A DNA stretch of 64,000 nucleotides from Minisyncoccota bacterium (lineage in GTDB: Bacteria > Patescibacteriota > Minisyncoccia > Phycocordibacterales > CSBR16-193): contig JBBDRA010000003.1 of assembly GCA_040905715.1 (NCBI GenBank), positions 135,075-199,074 of the forward strand, read 5' to 3'. A program made the translations under genes and the position numbers. Positions 1-9,637 of this stretch are shown in pieces; the stretch's first letter is position 1, and each line of letters begins with the position of its first letter. Under the pieces are notes generated by a model. It had not been told where the DNA came from and searched no databases. It worked only from the letters and a program-made list of their open reading frames with translations.

Positions 1-27
1 TTAGTAACTAGCGCTGTATTGTTCTTG

Positions 28-101
28 TGCCTGGGGGCGGACTCGAACCGCCGACCCTTCGCTCTTCAGGCGAATGCTCTAGCCAACTGAGCTACCCAGG
101 C
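28..101 (-). tRNA. tRNA-Phe(GAA)
   Basis: Reverse complement folds as a cloverleaf GCCTGGG...CCCAGGC-A with anticodon loop CT-GAA-GA and T-loop GGTTCGAGTCC; CCA not encoded. Confidence 0.95.
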
Positions 102-356
102 AAATGAAAAGTGTTGCGCAAGAGCCTGTATGCTGACAAATGAGTGTAAAAAGTAAAGTTTTACTTTTCTTTTTACACTCATGAAGTCAGCGAGCTTTGC
201 TCGTCTGCCGTTAGGCAGACAGGCTCCTGCATTATCTTTGAGTGCCGCCTGGGCAAGCTTTGCTTTCCCAGGCATTCGGCACCAACTCTGCTCGCTCTCG
301 CATGATTGGCGAGCGCAGTCTGGGCAAGGTATTCCCTTACCCAGTTTTTCAAATAC

Positions 357-629
357 TTACTCCTCCACCACTTCCGTCTCGCCGCCTCCAAAATACCCCT
401 GAGCATTTTCGATGGTCCCCTTGAAGCCGTTGTAGAAATCTCCAAGCTGTTCTATGTATGGCTGAATGAAGTAAAATGCTCCAACGGCTATACCGATAAG
501 GAGCACCCAATAGATGAACGTAAATATACGTCCCCATTGCATGGCGCGGTAAAGCTTGTCTACTCGGGAATGATTATGTTCAACGAGCTCAAGGATCCGT
601 TCCAGTTTCCGACGTTCATCAGGTTCCAT
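357..629 (-). CDS. small single-pass membrane protein (hypothetical)
   Basis: ORF 357..665, likely ATG at 629 (MEPDERR); one hydrophobic segment IFTFIYWVLLIGIAVGAFYF; same strand as the upstream genes. Confidence 0.7.
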   Translation of the reverse strand: MEPDERRKLERILELVEHNHSRVDKLYRAMQWGRIFTFIYWVLLIGIAVGAFYFIQPYIEQLGDFYNGFKGTIENAQGYFGGGETEVVEE

Positions 630-682
630 ACGATGTATACTATACCACAGAGAAGTTAGAATCAAAGTGCGCTATTGCTTCT

Positions 683-1177
683 TTATCCAGTTTTTACACG
701 AACCTTAGCTTCGCGATTTTTGTTTATTTTAGGGAGCTTGATCTCTAAGATGCCGTATCGCTCTGTAGCCTCTGCTTCTTCTACCTCTATTTCTTGCGGC
801 AGGGTAATAGTGCGAGAGAATAATCCCCAGTACAATTCTTGATAATAGTACCTATCATCCGGGACTGATTCATTCATGAGTCTGCGTCCACGGATAGTGA
901 CCATTTCACGTGTGATCGTTACGTCAAGGTCGTCCGGAGAAACTCCGGCAACGATTGTTTTAATAATGATCGCGTCACCGCTCTCGTACAGGTCGACCGT
1001 GAGGTGCCCTTCCTCTTCTTCTTGTGTTTCTTGCGTCCAGTACGTGTCTTGGTCGGGCTGATTCATTTCTTGTGTGAATCCTTGCGGCTCGACGGGCTGG
1101 TCAACTTCGATATCGTCATCATCAAAACGCACTGCCCCGGTTAGTCGTTCAAATAGTGATTGTTTACGTCGTGGCAT
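683..1177 (-). CDS. Hsp20/alpha-crystallin small heat-shock protein
   Basis: VDLYES..VAGV..DDLDVTI..E..WG.FSRTITLP..A....GILEIKLPK signature. Confidence 0.93.
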   Translation of the reverse strand: MPRRKQSLFERLTGAVRFDDDDIEVDQPVEPQGFTQEMNQPDQDTYWTQETQEEEEGHLTVDLYESGDAIIIKTIVAGVSPDDLDVTITREMVTIRGRRLMNESVPDDRYYYQELYWGLFSRTITLPQEIEVEEAEATERYGILEIKLPKINKNREAKVRVKTG

Positions 1178-1880
1178 TGTGTTTTCTAGTTAGAGCCTTA
1201 ATCTTTTCAAAGAAAAGGAGCAAGATGATAATAGCGCCCCAAACAAGCGCGAAGGCAGCGAATAATAGTTCAGGTGTCTCCTTATGTATACTGTCAATTA
1301 TAAGGTAGTTAAAAGCTGTATGCAATATGATTGCTATACACAAGCCAACACTTACGTAGATGATTCGCAATATTATTCCTTTATAGTAAGCGAACGCAAG
1401 AGCAATACCGACTGTTGCTGAAGCAAGGAGATGGAGAAGCGTGGCACCGATGAAGCGCGTATTGCCTGAAACAAGTCCCTGGGTAAGATTGCCGTCCAGA
1501 AGCGGAGTAAGGAGGTAAAAAACATTTTCGAGAGCCGCGAATCCAAGGGCTGCTGTTATCAGATATATTGGTGCGTCAATCGGTTCATCAAAAGATCTTG
1601 TATTAATGCCGGCTATGTATGATGCGGCAAATTTAACAACTTCTTCTATCGCTGATACTAAGAATAGGGCTGCTGTAAATGTGACAGTGAAATATTTATC
1701 TTGAATGAGCTGAAGCTCTAAGGCAACGATAGCAGCTAGCATTCCGGTAGCAAACGTAATGATAAGCTGCCAGGTCGGTTCCGGGTGCTCTTGGTCTTCT
1801 CTAAGCCAAAACCACAGCCAAAAAAGAGCTGGGAGGATACCGCCGGCGATCGCTAATAAAAGAACAGTGGTTTCGGTCAT
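1164..1880 (-). CDS. prsW: PrsW-family intramembrane glutamic metalloprotease
   Basis: Multi-TM protein with EEVVK, GFAALEN, TLLH and LHTAFN motifs. Confidence 0.9.
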   Translation of the reverse strand: MTETTVLLLAIAGGILPALFWLWFWLREDQEHPEPTWQLIITFATGMLAAIVALELQLIQDKYFTVTFTAALFLVSAIEEVVKFAASYIAGINTRSFDEPIDAPIYLITAALGFAALENVFYLLTPLLDGNLTQGLVSGNTRFIGATLLHLLASATVGIALAFAYYKGIILRIIYVSVGLCIAIILHTAFNYLIIDSIHKETPELLFAAFALVWGAIIILLLFFEKIKALTRKHNATT

Positions 1881-1892
1881 ATAACGTTATAG

Positions 1893-4136
1893 CTATTGAG
1901 AAGGTGTCTTCGGCCACTGATGGACCATAAGAATGTCATCGGTGCTTGTGGTCGGAAGTAATGACCAGATCTTTTCAGTTATAAAGGGCATAAAAGGATG
2001 GAGTGCAATAATGCTTTGAGTCAAAATATAGTACAGCATCCATTCTGCAGACGCTCGAGTAGCGTCGTCGCTCCCATTTATAGCTTCTTTCTTCTCTTCT
2101 ATAATAACATCAGCAAATGTATGCCAGAAGTAGTCATAAAGTTTTTCTGAGGCAATATGGAGGTGGTATTGGTCGATCTCCTTTGTGGTCGTTTCAAAAA
2201 ACTCCCGAAACTCATTTATGCGTTCCTGATCATCTTGCGTGAGTGTGGGTTCTTCTTTTGTTATGTTCTCAGTTGATACATTGCTCAAAACAAAACGAGA
2301 TGCATTCCATATCTTATTGGCGAAGTGCTTGTAAGCCTTGATCTTGTTCTCAGAGAGCGAAAGATCCGTGCCGGGTGTGTTGCCGACAATGAGAGCCATC
2401 CGCAGTGCATCGGTCCCGAATTTTTCTATCTCTTCGAGTGGGTCGATCGCGTTGCCTTTTGATTTACTCATCTTCTCTCCCTTTGCGTCCCGTACCATGC
2501 CATGCAGGTATACTTTCTCAAACGGAATTTCTCCAAGGTGGTAGGTGCTCATTAAGACCATGCGTGAAACCCAGAACGGAAGAATGTCGTGCCCGGTCTC
2601 GAGCATGCTTGTAGGGTGGTACGTCTCCATATCAGTAGTTTTCTCCGGCCAGCCAAGAGTTGAAAAGGTCCAAAGACCTGAAGAGAACCAGGTATCAAGT
2701 GTGTCCGGGTCCTGCTCCCACCCGTCGCCATCAGGTGCTTCTGTTCCTACATAGATCTCTTGCCCGTCAGCCTTCGGCTGATCGGCCGGAGGCCGATACC
2801 ACACAGGTATTCTGTGACCGTACCAGATCTGCCTGCTAATACACCAATCGCGCAAGTTGTTTACCCAGTTAAGGTAGTTTTTAGTAAATCGATCGGGGAT
2901 GAATTGTATGTCGCCGCCTTCGATCGCGGCTCGCATTAAGGTTTTTAAGGTTACTGTCGCCCCATTCTCAATTCCGGTTATTTTTGACTGGGGAAGAGTA
3001 AATTCTTTGTTAACATCGATAAACCACTGCAACTTCGGTAAAGGCTCGATAATCCCGCCGCTTCTTTGAGCAGTTGAAATGTTCTGCTCGATCACGTCCT
3101 CTTTTTCGAGAAGACCATTTTCTCGTAACCACTTTGCTATCTCCTCACGGGCTTCGCGTGTCTTCTTTCCGTTCAGGAGGTCGTTATCCACTGTCATGCG
3201 TGCGCGTTCATCGATAACCTGGATCATGGGCAGATCGTGTCGTTCAGCTATCTCTGCGTCGGTCATGCTGTGCGCAGGAGTTACTCCAACAGCACCTGTG
3301 CCATATTCAGGATCTATTTCGTTATCGGCAACGATGAGCAGACTGAGGTTAACACCGCAGAATGTTACATCGAACTTCTTTCCGATGTACTGCTTGTATC
3401 GTTTGTCCTCCGGGTGAACTGCCACAGCTGTGTCGCCAACCTTTGTCTCCAGACGGGTTGTGGCTACAGGAATGGGGAAGTCAGCGCTGTAACGAAATGT
3501 GTACAGCGTTGCGGTGCCTTCCTCGTGCTCGACTTCTTCATCCGAAACGGTTGTCCGTCCTTTGGGATCCCAGTTCACAATACGATGACCACGGTAGATA
3601 AGTCCGTCATCGTACATTTTTTTAAAAGCGGTATATACTGCTTTTTGTCTTGGCTCGTCGAGTGTGAATGCCTCCCGCTTCCAATCAACTGACGCCCCCA
3701 TCCTCCTAATCTGATTTTGAATCGTTGACTGGCTTTCTGAGGCAAATTGATGGACCTCCTTAAGGAATGCTTCGCGACCGAGATCCTGTTTTTTAATACC
3801 TTTCTTGTCGAGCAGTTTCTCTACTTTCGATTGGGTTGCAATGGCGGCATGGTCCGTGCCTGGGATCCAGAGAGTTCGATATCCACGCATGCGTTTGTAA
3901 CGAACCATGATGTCCTCTATCGTGATGGTCAGAGCGTGTCCGTCATGCAATACACCGGTTACGTTCGGTGGCGGGAGAACAATAGAAAAACGTGGGGCAT
4001 CCGCAGGAATGACACCTTTTTCTATTTGGTCTTCAGGATGAAAACATCCCGACTCTAGCCAGTGGTCATAGATATTTTCTTCAACACTGCCCGGATCGTA
4101 CGGGGAAAGAAGTTCATTCGGGATATTTTGTTCCAT
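1893..4136 (-). CDS. valS: valine--tRNA ligase (short form, apparently lacking the C-terminal coiled coil)
   Basis: PPPNVTG, GTDHAAIATQ, DWCISRQIWYGHRIP, DTWFSS and KMSKS motifs; HIGH motif reads HDGH. Confidence 0.97.
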   Translation of the reverse strand: MEQNIPNELLSPYDPGSVEENIYDHWLESGCFHPEDQIEKGVIPADAPRFSIVLPPPNVTGVLHDGHALTITIEDIMVRYKRMRGYRTLWIPGTDHAAIATQSKVEKLLDKKGIKKQDLGREAFLKEVHQFASESQSTIQNQIRRMGASVDWKREAFTLDEPRQKAVYTAFKKMYDDGLIYRGHRIVNWDPKGRTTVSDEEVEHEEGTATLYTFRYSADFPIPVATTRLETKVGDTAVAVHPEDKRYKQYIGKKFDVTFCGVNLSLLIVADNEIDPEYGTGAVGVTPAHSMTDAEIAERHDLPMIQVIDERARMTVDNDLLNGKKTREAREEIAKWLRENGLLEKEDVIEQNISTAQRSGGIIEPLPKLQWFIDVNKEFTLPQSKITGIENGATVTLKTLMRAAIEGGDIQFIPDRFTKNYLNWVNNLRDWCISRQIWYGHRIPVWYRPPADQPKADGQEIYVGTEAPDGDGWEQDPDTLDTWFSSGLWTFSTLGWPEKTTDMETYHPTSMLETGHDILPFWVSRMVLMSTYHLGEIPFEKVYLHGMVRDAKGEKMSKSKGNAIDPLEEIEKFGTDALRMALIVGNTPGTDLSLSENKIKAYKHFANKIWNASRFVLSNVSTENITKEEPTLTQDDQERINEFREFFETTTKEIDQYHLHIASEKLYDYFWHTFADVIIEEKKEAINGSDDATRASAEWMLYYILTQSIIALHPFMPFITEKIWSLLPTTSTDDILMVHQWPKTPSQ
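2766..2795 (-). repeat. 30-bp double-hairpin mini-repeat in frame within valS (encodes RPPADQPKAD)
   Basis: cggcc-tcc-ggccg-a-tcagcc-gaa-ggctga-c; related copy at 58941-58970. Confidence 0.6.
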
Positions 4137-4413
4137 AAAATCTGGCGCATTTGTATACTATTGATAGTAGCATATAAAAATGGGCGTTTACAGTGAGCTC
4201 TTTTTGGAAAGAGCAAGTCTTTTTAAGAGACAAAACGATATAATGTCTTTTAAAAATAACGCTTAACCTAGCTGTCCTATTTGGATATATAATGTCCTTT
4301 ATATAAAAACACGATTATATAAAGGACACTTTCTAAGTATTATAGCTAATTAGAGCCATATTTTGTTTTTTGTAAGGAGTAACACAGCCTTACCACATAA
4401 TAGATTGTTGATA

Positions 4414-4443
4414 TTGACAAGAGCTAGAGAAGGGGCGTAGTAT
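4414..4443 (+). promoter_or_regulatory. sigma70-type promoter for the large surface protein gene
   Basis: TTGACA (4414-4419), 18 nt spacer, TAGTAT (4438-4443). Confidence 0.55.
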
Positions 4444-4662
4444 ACATTTGAATATGATCTTTCTCTCAAATTCTATTCCTTCCGCTTAAATAGACCTTCT
4501 GTTTATTTAACCGGTTGGCACTAAATGAAATGACATAGATGAAGTGAGTTTCTTTAAGGGCTCTTGTTGTTGTGTGATCGATCAGATCCACTCTTCTTAA
4601 TTTATTGTTATTGATTGAAGTGTAATTAAAAATCTCCCTAGTTGTCTTAACAGTAGTACGAT

Positions 4663-7600
4663 ATGAATTATTACCAACCGATGATGTGCACATATACGAA
4701 ACGATTACTCTCCGTATGGGTAATTGCCTTCTTTGTGTTTGCTTTTGGTGGCGTTGTGTCAGGTGATGCAACCATTGTGTTTGCGGATAGCGCGACGACA
4801 TCTGAGCAAACACAGGAGCAAGAGGATGGCGAACAGAGTCAGTCTCAGACTCTTGGTGACATGGAGCAGAGTCAGGACCAGTCATTCTTTAATAATACTA
4901 ATGATGACAGTGATGATAGTGAAGAGGAGGATAATAAAAATGAACAAGACGACAATAACAAGGACAAGGAAGAAGAGGGTGATGATCAATCTCAAACTCA
5001 AACACAAGATCAAACATTAGACTCCACTTCAACCTCAACTTCAACACAAGACCAGTCTCAAGAGCAGGATGATGAGGGACAGTCTCAGTTTCAGTCACAA
5101 GATGTGAAAGAAAAGGCTCAGTGTGATAACCCAACCCCAAACGATGATCTGAGCGGTTCTATCGGACAAAATGGCGAGGCAACGGTTACGAACGATTCAG
5201 ACGTATGTGAATACGAGGTAGGACTTGCGTCATACAAAAAGTTCGACAATATCATCGACAACCAGGAGATATTTGATTTTGCAACAACAACAATAGGAAC
5301 AAGCACAACGATCGATCTTTCAATTGATGTGCCGCAGTGTGCATATCAGATCGATCTGTTCCACGGAGACGTGCTCATGTCTCTCGATGGACAGCGATAT
5401 ACAGATCGACTTCTTGATGCTGACCACCCAAACAATGCTGCCGGGTTCTGTGAAGTTCCAGAAGATCCTATCCACCCGACAGCTACTATCTCTGCTGATC
5501 CGGATGAAGTAGAAGAAGGCGACTCGACCGAGATCACGTGGGGTTCTGAGGATGCAGTTTCGTGTGAAAGTGATGATTTTGACACGGACAACGCAACATC
5601 AGGAACGATTACAGTAGACAATATTGTGAACGATACTACGTTTGAAGTGACCTGTGAGTCAGAAACCGGACACACGGCTTCTGACAGCGTGACTGTTGTA
5701 GTAACTCAGAAGGAGGAGTCGCAGCAATGTGAAAACCCTGATCCAAATGGTGACCTGAGCGGCTCTATCGGAAAAGATGGCGAGGCAACGGTTACGAACG
5801 ATTCAGACGTATGTGAATACGAGGTAGGACTTGCGTCATACAAAAAGTTCGACAATATCATCGACAACCAGGAGATATTTGATTTTGCAACAACAACAAT
5901 AGGAACAAGCACAACGATCGATCTTTCAATTGATGTGCCGCAGTGTGCATATCAGATCGATCTGTTCCACGGAGACGTGCTCATGTCTCTCGATGGACAG
6001 CGATATACAGATCGACTTCTTGATGCTGACCACCCAAACAATGCTGCCGGGTTCTGTGAAGTTCCAGAAGATCCTATCCACCCGACAGCTACTATCTCTG
6101 CTGATCCGGATGAAGTAGAAGAAGGCGACTCGACCGAGATCACGTGGGGTTCTGAGGATGCAGTTTCGTGTGAAAGTGATGATTTTGACACGGACAACGC
6201 AACATCAGGAACGATTACAGTAGACAATATTGTGAACGATACTACGTTTGAAGTGACCTGTGAGTCAGAAACCGGACACACTGATTCAGATAGTGTAACG
6301 GTTACTGTTATCGACGATGAGATCGAATGGTGTTCGTTTGAAGGTAAGGTCATTGACCACACGGATCACAGCGATGCTAAAACTCACAATGGTAGTGCTG
6401 TAAATTCAGATCGACGTGATGTTGACGGGGTTGAGAACGGACCGGCCTCAAACGTAAATACAGCCGGACAAGAGAAAAACTACTCGACTGACGACTTCTT
6501 CTCGTTAGGTGTTAATGGTTATCTTGTGTACGAATTCACAGACTCTGTGGTATTTGACCAAGCAGGAGCTGACATTGCTATCTACGAGATCACCGGTGGA
6601 GACGAAGATGAACAAACAGAGGAGAAGATAGAAGTATTGGTAAGTACCGATAACGTTACATATGAATCGCTCGGAATGTATACCGGTGACGCGTATGTAG
6701 ATATCGATTCTGCAGACCTACCGTTTGTAAAATACATTAAGCTTGTGGACCACACTCCGCACAACGTTCACGGTGGAGGCGGAGATGGCTACGATGTAGA
6801 CGCGATTATTATTTTGAATGGAAGTTGCGGAGATGCTGTGCTTCCATCAGTAGATCTCAAAGCTAACGGACAAAACGGACCGATCACCATCGACGAAGGA
6901 TCAACCACAACCCTCTCATGGGATGTAGAGGACGCAGATAGCTGTGTTGCCGGAGGCGACTGGAGCGGTTCAAAGACTGCAACGTCAAGCTCAGAGAACC
7001 TTGGCGAGTTGAGCGTCGGCAACTACTCATTCGACCTCACTTGTGCAAACGAACACGGCACCTCAAGTGATAGTGTTGATGTGACTGTCGAGGAGGATAC
7101 GAATGGTGGCGACGATGATAAAGAAATGACGATCGTTGCTTCTAAGATCGTTTGTGAAGATGAATCCGATCTGCCTAACTGGCACAGTGGTTCAAGTATT
7201 GATGCTGATACAGCGCAAACATTTGTCGACAACAATCCATCATGTGAATTTGCTGACGACTGGTCATTCCAATGGGGATATGAGGGAGTTAATGAGCTTC
7301 CAGGTGATCACATTGGAGAAGCTGATGGCTCAGCCGGTGTAGGTACTGATACTGGATCAGGGTCTGATGACTGGAAAACGTTCGGCCCTACCAACGCTAG
7401 CGGAACAGCTACGGTTGAGATAGAAGATACAAAAGATTCTTCACGTATCTGGGTTCGCGAAGTACTGAAGGATGGATTTGTGTCCTTTAGTGACGCAAAC
7501 TCACAGTCAGGCAATGTATCCGCTGAGATGTGGTGCCACAATGATGTTCTCAATTACGATAACTACGACTTTATTTCCAACCCACAGCTGGATAAAACAT

Positions 7601-9564
7601 ATTACTGTGTTTCAATCAACGCACTGATTGACACTGCAACAACGACGCTTCCATCAGTAGATCTCAAAGCTAACGGACAAAACGGACCGATCACCATCGA
7701 CGAAGGATCAACCACAACCCTCTCATGGGATGTAGAGGACGCAGATAGCTGTGTTGCCGGAGGCGACTGGAGCGGTTCAAAGACTGCAACGTCAAGCTCA
7801 GAGAACCTTGGCGAGTTGAGCGTCGGCAACTACTCATTCGACCTCACTTGTGCAAACGAACACGGCACCTCAAGTGATAGTGTTGATGTGAAGGTTAAGA
7901 AAGACGGAAACGGTGGTGGAGGCGACAACAAACCTGACGTTGACCTCAAAGCAAATGGCTCTAACGGACCGATCACTATCGATGAAGGATCGACAACAAC
8001 ATTGTCATGGACACTCGATCATGACCCGGAGACCTGTGTAGCTGGCGGTGACTGGAGTGGTTCAAAGGCTACAAGCTCTGACTCGGAATCACTTGGCCTG
8101 CTTAGTGTTGGTGACTACACGTTTGATCTCACGTGTGCAAACGAACACGGCACCTCAACCGATAGCGTTGATGTGACTGTCGAGGAGGACAACAACGGCG
8201 GTGGAGGGAACAAAGCTCCGACCGTTGACCTCAAGGCAAATGGCAGCAACTCTCTTACTGTAGATGAGGACACCGAAATAACTCTTGATTGGAGTATTGG
8301 CAACAACCCGGAGACATGTGTCGCCGGAGGCGATTGGAGTGGCTCTAAGGCTACAAGTTCTGATTCAGAACTTCTTGGTGAACTCAGTGAGGGAAATTAC
8401 AGTTACACGCTAACGTGTGCAAACGAACACGGCACCTCAAGTGACAGTGTTAATGTGACTGTTGAGGATGACAACAACGGTGGTGGAGGTGGTACCGGTG
8501 GAGGCAGTATAGTTACCGGCGGATGGATCGGCAATGGTATCGAACCTGACAGGAGACCGGAAGGTGAAGTGCTTGGTATTCAGTCATGTTCATACCTTGA
8601 AGACTTCTTGCACATTGACTGGAACAACGACCCTGTTGAAGTTGCTAAGCTTCAGTACTTCCTCAGAGAGTTTGAAGGCTACAATATCGATGTGACCACG
8701 GTCTTTGACCAGCACACCTATAACACAGTAGTTGATTTCCAGGAGCGATACTTCGACGAAGTACTTGCTCCGTGGGATCACACAGGGGGTACCGGCTTCG
8801 TTTACATCACTACTAAAACGAGGATCAACGAGATCGTTTGTCAGGAGGAGATCAACTTCACCGATGCGGAGCGCGAAGAGATGAGAGAGTTCCGTTCCTA
8901 CCTTGCTTCTATAGGGGGTGATTGGAGAGGTGGTCAAGGTGGTTTTGGAGCGGTTAGCGACACCAATGGTAGTGTTGCCGGAGTGAATGGTGTTGGTGGC
9001 GATAGCCCTGCTGCAGATGATCAGGATGATAATGCAGATGAAACAGGAACAACCTCAACCAGTAGTGGAGCAACGGACACCACGAACGGCTATCTAAGTA
9101 CGGTGGCTGATGTGTTAGGTACAGGTACAGGCACCATGGCCTCCTTCGCCGCTTCAGCTCTTAACTTCCCAAACACTACTGCTGAAGCTGCGCAGTGCTT
9201 GGTTAATCTTCTTTTGGTCCTTGCTATCATATTCTTGATAGGTACGATCATTGTGAACGCCCAAGAAACAGAGCACCTTTCAAAGAACACGCTGTGGGCT
9301 CGGCGCATCATGATCTATATTCTTGGAACCATTGTTGCCGGAGGTATTGCTTACTTTACAGCGCTATTCTGTCTCATTGTTCCATTGCTCGTTGTTCTTA
9401 TTATTCTTGCGGTCTCACTCTTGCTTGTGGTCAACAAGGATAATGGAGAAATTGAAAACGACGCAGTGTCTAATGGTGACCATGGATCTTCGTCCGGTAA
9501 TGGAGAAAAGAAAGGTCTTCGTGATTCAGTTCGATTTCACGAGGGGCATTCACATTCTCACTAG
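4663..9564 (+). CDS. large acidic, Cys-containing cell-surface protein with Ig/PKD-like repeats, a putative peptidoglycan-binding-like domain and C-terminal TM helices
   Basis: N-terminal signal/TM, Q/D/E-rich linker, 2x ~200-aa and 4x ~85-aa beta-rich repeats (VDLKANG..TLSW..C...GDWSG..YxFxLTC), V..LQ.FL..V..FQ..Y....L.PW...GTGFV..TT..IN motif, 3 hydrophobic C-terminal segments. Confidence 0.85.
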   Translation: MNYYQPMMCTYTKRLLSVWVIAFFVFAFGGVVSGDATIVFADSATTSEQTQEQEDGEQSQSQTLGDMEQSQDQSFFNNTNDDSDDSEEEDNKNEQDDNNKDKEEEGDDQSQTQTQDQTLDSTSTSTSTQDQSQEQDDEGQSQFQSQDVKEKAQCDNPTPNDDLSGSIGQNGEATVTNDSDVCEYEVGLASYKKFDNIIDNQEIFDFATTTIGTSTTIDLSIDVPQCAYQIDLFHGDVLMSLDGQRYTDRLLDADHPNNAAGFCEVPEDPIHPTATISADPDEVEEGDSTEITWGSEDAVSCESDDFDTDNATSGTITVDNIVNDTTFEVTCESETGHTASDSVTVVVTQKEESQQCENPDPNGDLSGSIGKDGEATVTNDSDVCEYEVGLASYKKFDNIIDNQEIFDFATTTIGTSTTIDLSIDVPQCAYQIDLFHGDVLMSLDGQRYTDRLLDADHPNNAAGFCEVPEDPIHPTATISADPDEVEEGDSTEITWGSEDAVSCESDDFDTDNATSGTITVDNIVNDTTFEVTCESETGHTDSDSVTVTVIDDEIEWCSFEGKVIDHTDHSDAKTHNGSAVNSDRRDVDGVENGPASNVNTAGQEKNYSTDDFFSLGVNGYLVYEFTDSVVFDQAGADIAIYEITGGDEDEQTEEKIEVLVSTDNVTYESLGMYTGDAYVDIDSADLPFVKYIKLVDHTPHNVHGGGGDGYDVDAIIILNGSCGDAVLPSVDLKANGQNGPITIDEGSTTTLSWDVEDADSCVAGGDWSGSKTATSSSENLGELSVGNYSFDLTCANEHGTSSDSVDVTVEEDTNGGDDDKEMTIVASKIVCEDESDLPNWHSGSSIDADTAQTFVDNNPSCEFADDWSFQWGYEGVNELPGDHIGEADGSAGVGTDTGSGSDDWKTFGPTNASGTATVEIEDTKDSSRIWVREVLKDGFVSFSDANSQSGNVSAEMWCHNDVLNYDNYDFISNPQLDKTYYCVSINALIDTATTTLPSVDLKANGQNGPITIDEGSTTTLSWDVEDADSCVAGGDWSGSKTATSSSENLGELSVGNYSFDLTCANEHGTSSDSVDVKVKKDGNGGGGDNKPDVDLKANGSNGPITIDEGSTTTLSWTLDHDPETCVAGGDWSGSKATSSDSESLGLLSVGDYTFDLTCANEHGTSTDSVDVTVEEDNNGGGGNKAPTVDLKANGSNSLTVDEDTEITLDWSIGNNPETCVAGGDWSGSKATSSDSELLGELSEGNYSYTLTCANEHGTSSDSVNVTVEDDNNGGGGGTGGGSIVTGGWIGNGIEPDRRPEGEVLGIQSCSYLEDFLHIDWNNDPVEVAKLQYFLREFEGYNIDVTTVFDQHTYNTVVDFQERYFDEVLAPWDHTGGTGFVYITTKTRINEIVCQEEINFTDAEREEMREFRSYLASIGGDWRGGQGGFGAVSDTNGSVAGVNGVGGDSPAADDQDDNADETGTTSTSSGATDTTNGYLSTVADVLGTGTGTMASFAASALNFPNTTAEAAQCLVNLLLVLAIIFLIGTIIVNAQETEHLSKNTLWARRIMIYILGTIVAGGIAYFTALFCLIVPLLVVLIILAVSLLLVVNKDNGEIENDAVSNGDHGSSSGNGEKKGLRDSVRFHEGHSHSH
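5171..6281 (+). repeat. direct repeat: 5171-5675 equals 5777-6281 (505 bp, period 606)
   Basis: Sequences read identical by eye; identical shadow ORFs appear at a 606-nt offset in the ORF track. Confidence 0.9.
6840..7891 (+). repeat. direct repeat: 6840-7084 equals 7647-7891 (245 bp), with diverged copies near 7935-8190 and 8220-8470
   Basis: Identical DNA from gcttccatcagtagatctc to gttgatgtga; later copies conserve the peptide but not the codons. Confidence 0.9.
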
Positions 9565-9584
9565 AAAAAGTCTTTATACTAATG

Positions 9585-9625
9585 AAAAGAAAAACACCGG
9601 TTTTTGCACCGGTGTTTTTCTTTTT
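9585..9625. terminator. bidirectional intrinsic terminator
   Basis: aaaagaaaaacaccggt-ttttgc-accggtgtttttctttt between convergent genes. Confidence 0.85.
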
Positions 9626-9637
9626 GTGTAGTAGCAC

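Noticed and set aside
246-273. gcctggg...cccaggca hairpin matching the tRNA-Phe acceptor stem
   Set aside because: Only a 7-bp stem, upstream of the tRNA, with no T-arm match or GA-hairpin-GT insert; not counted as a mirror element
5171-8470. Long repeats as a possible CRISPR array or DGR template/variable pair
   Set aside because: Units are hundreds of bp, in frame in one ORF, with no spacers; no adenine-specific mismatches were spotted and no reverse transcriptase or cas genes were recognised
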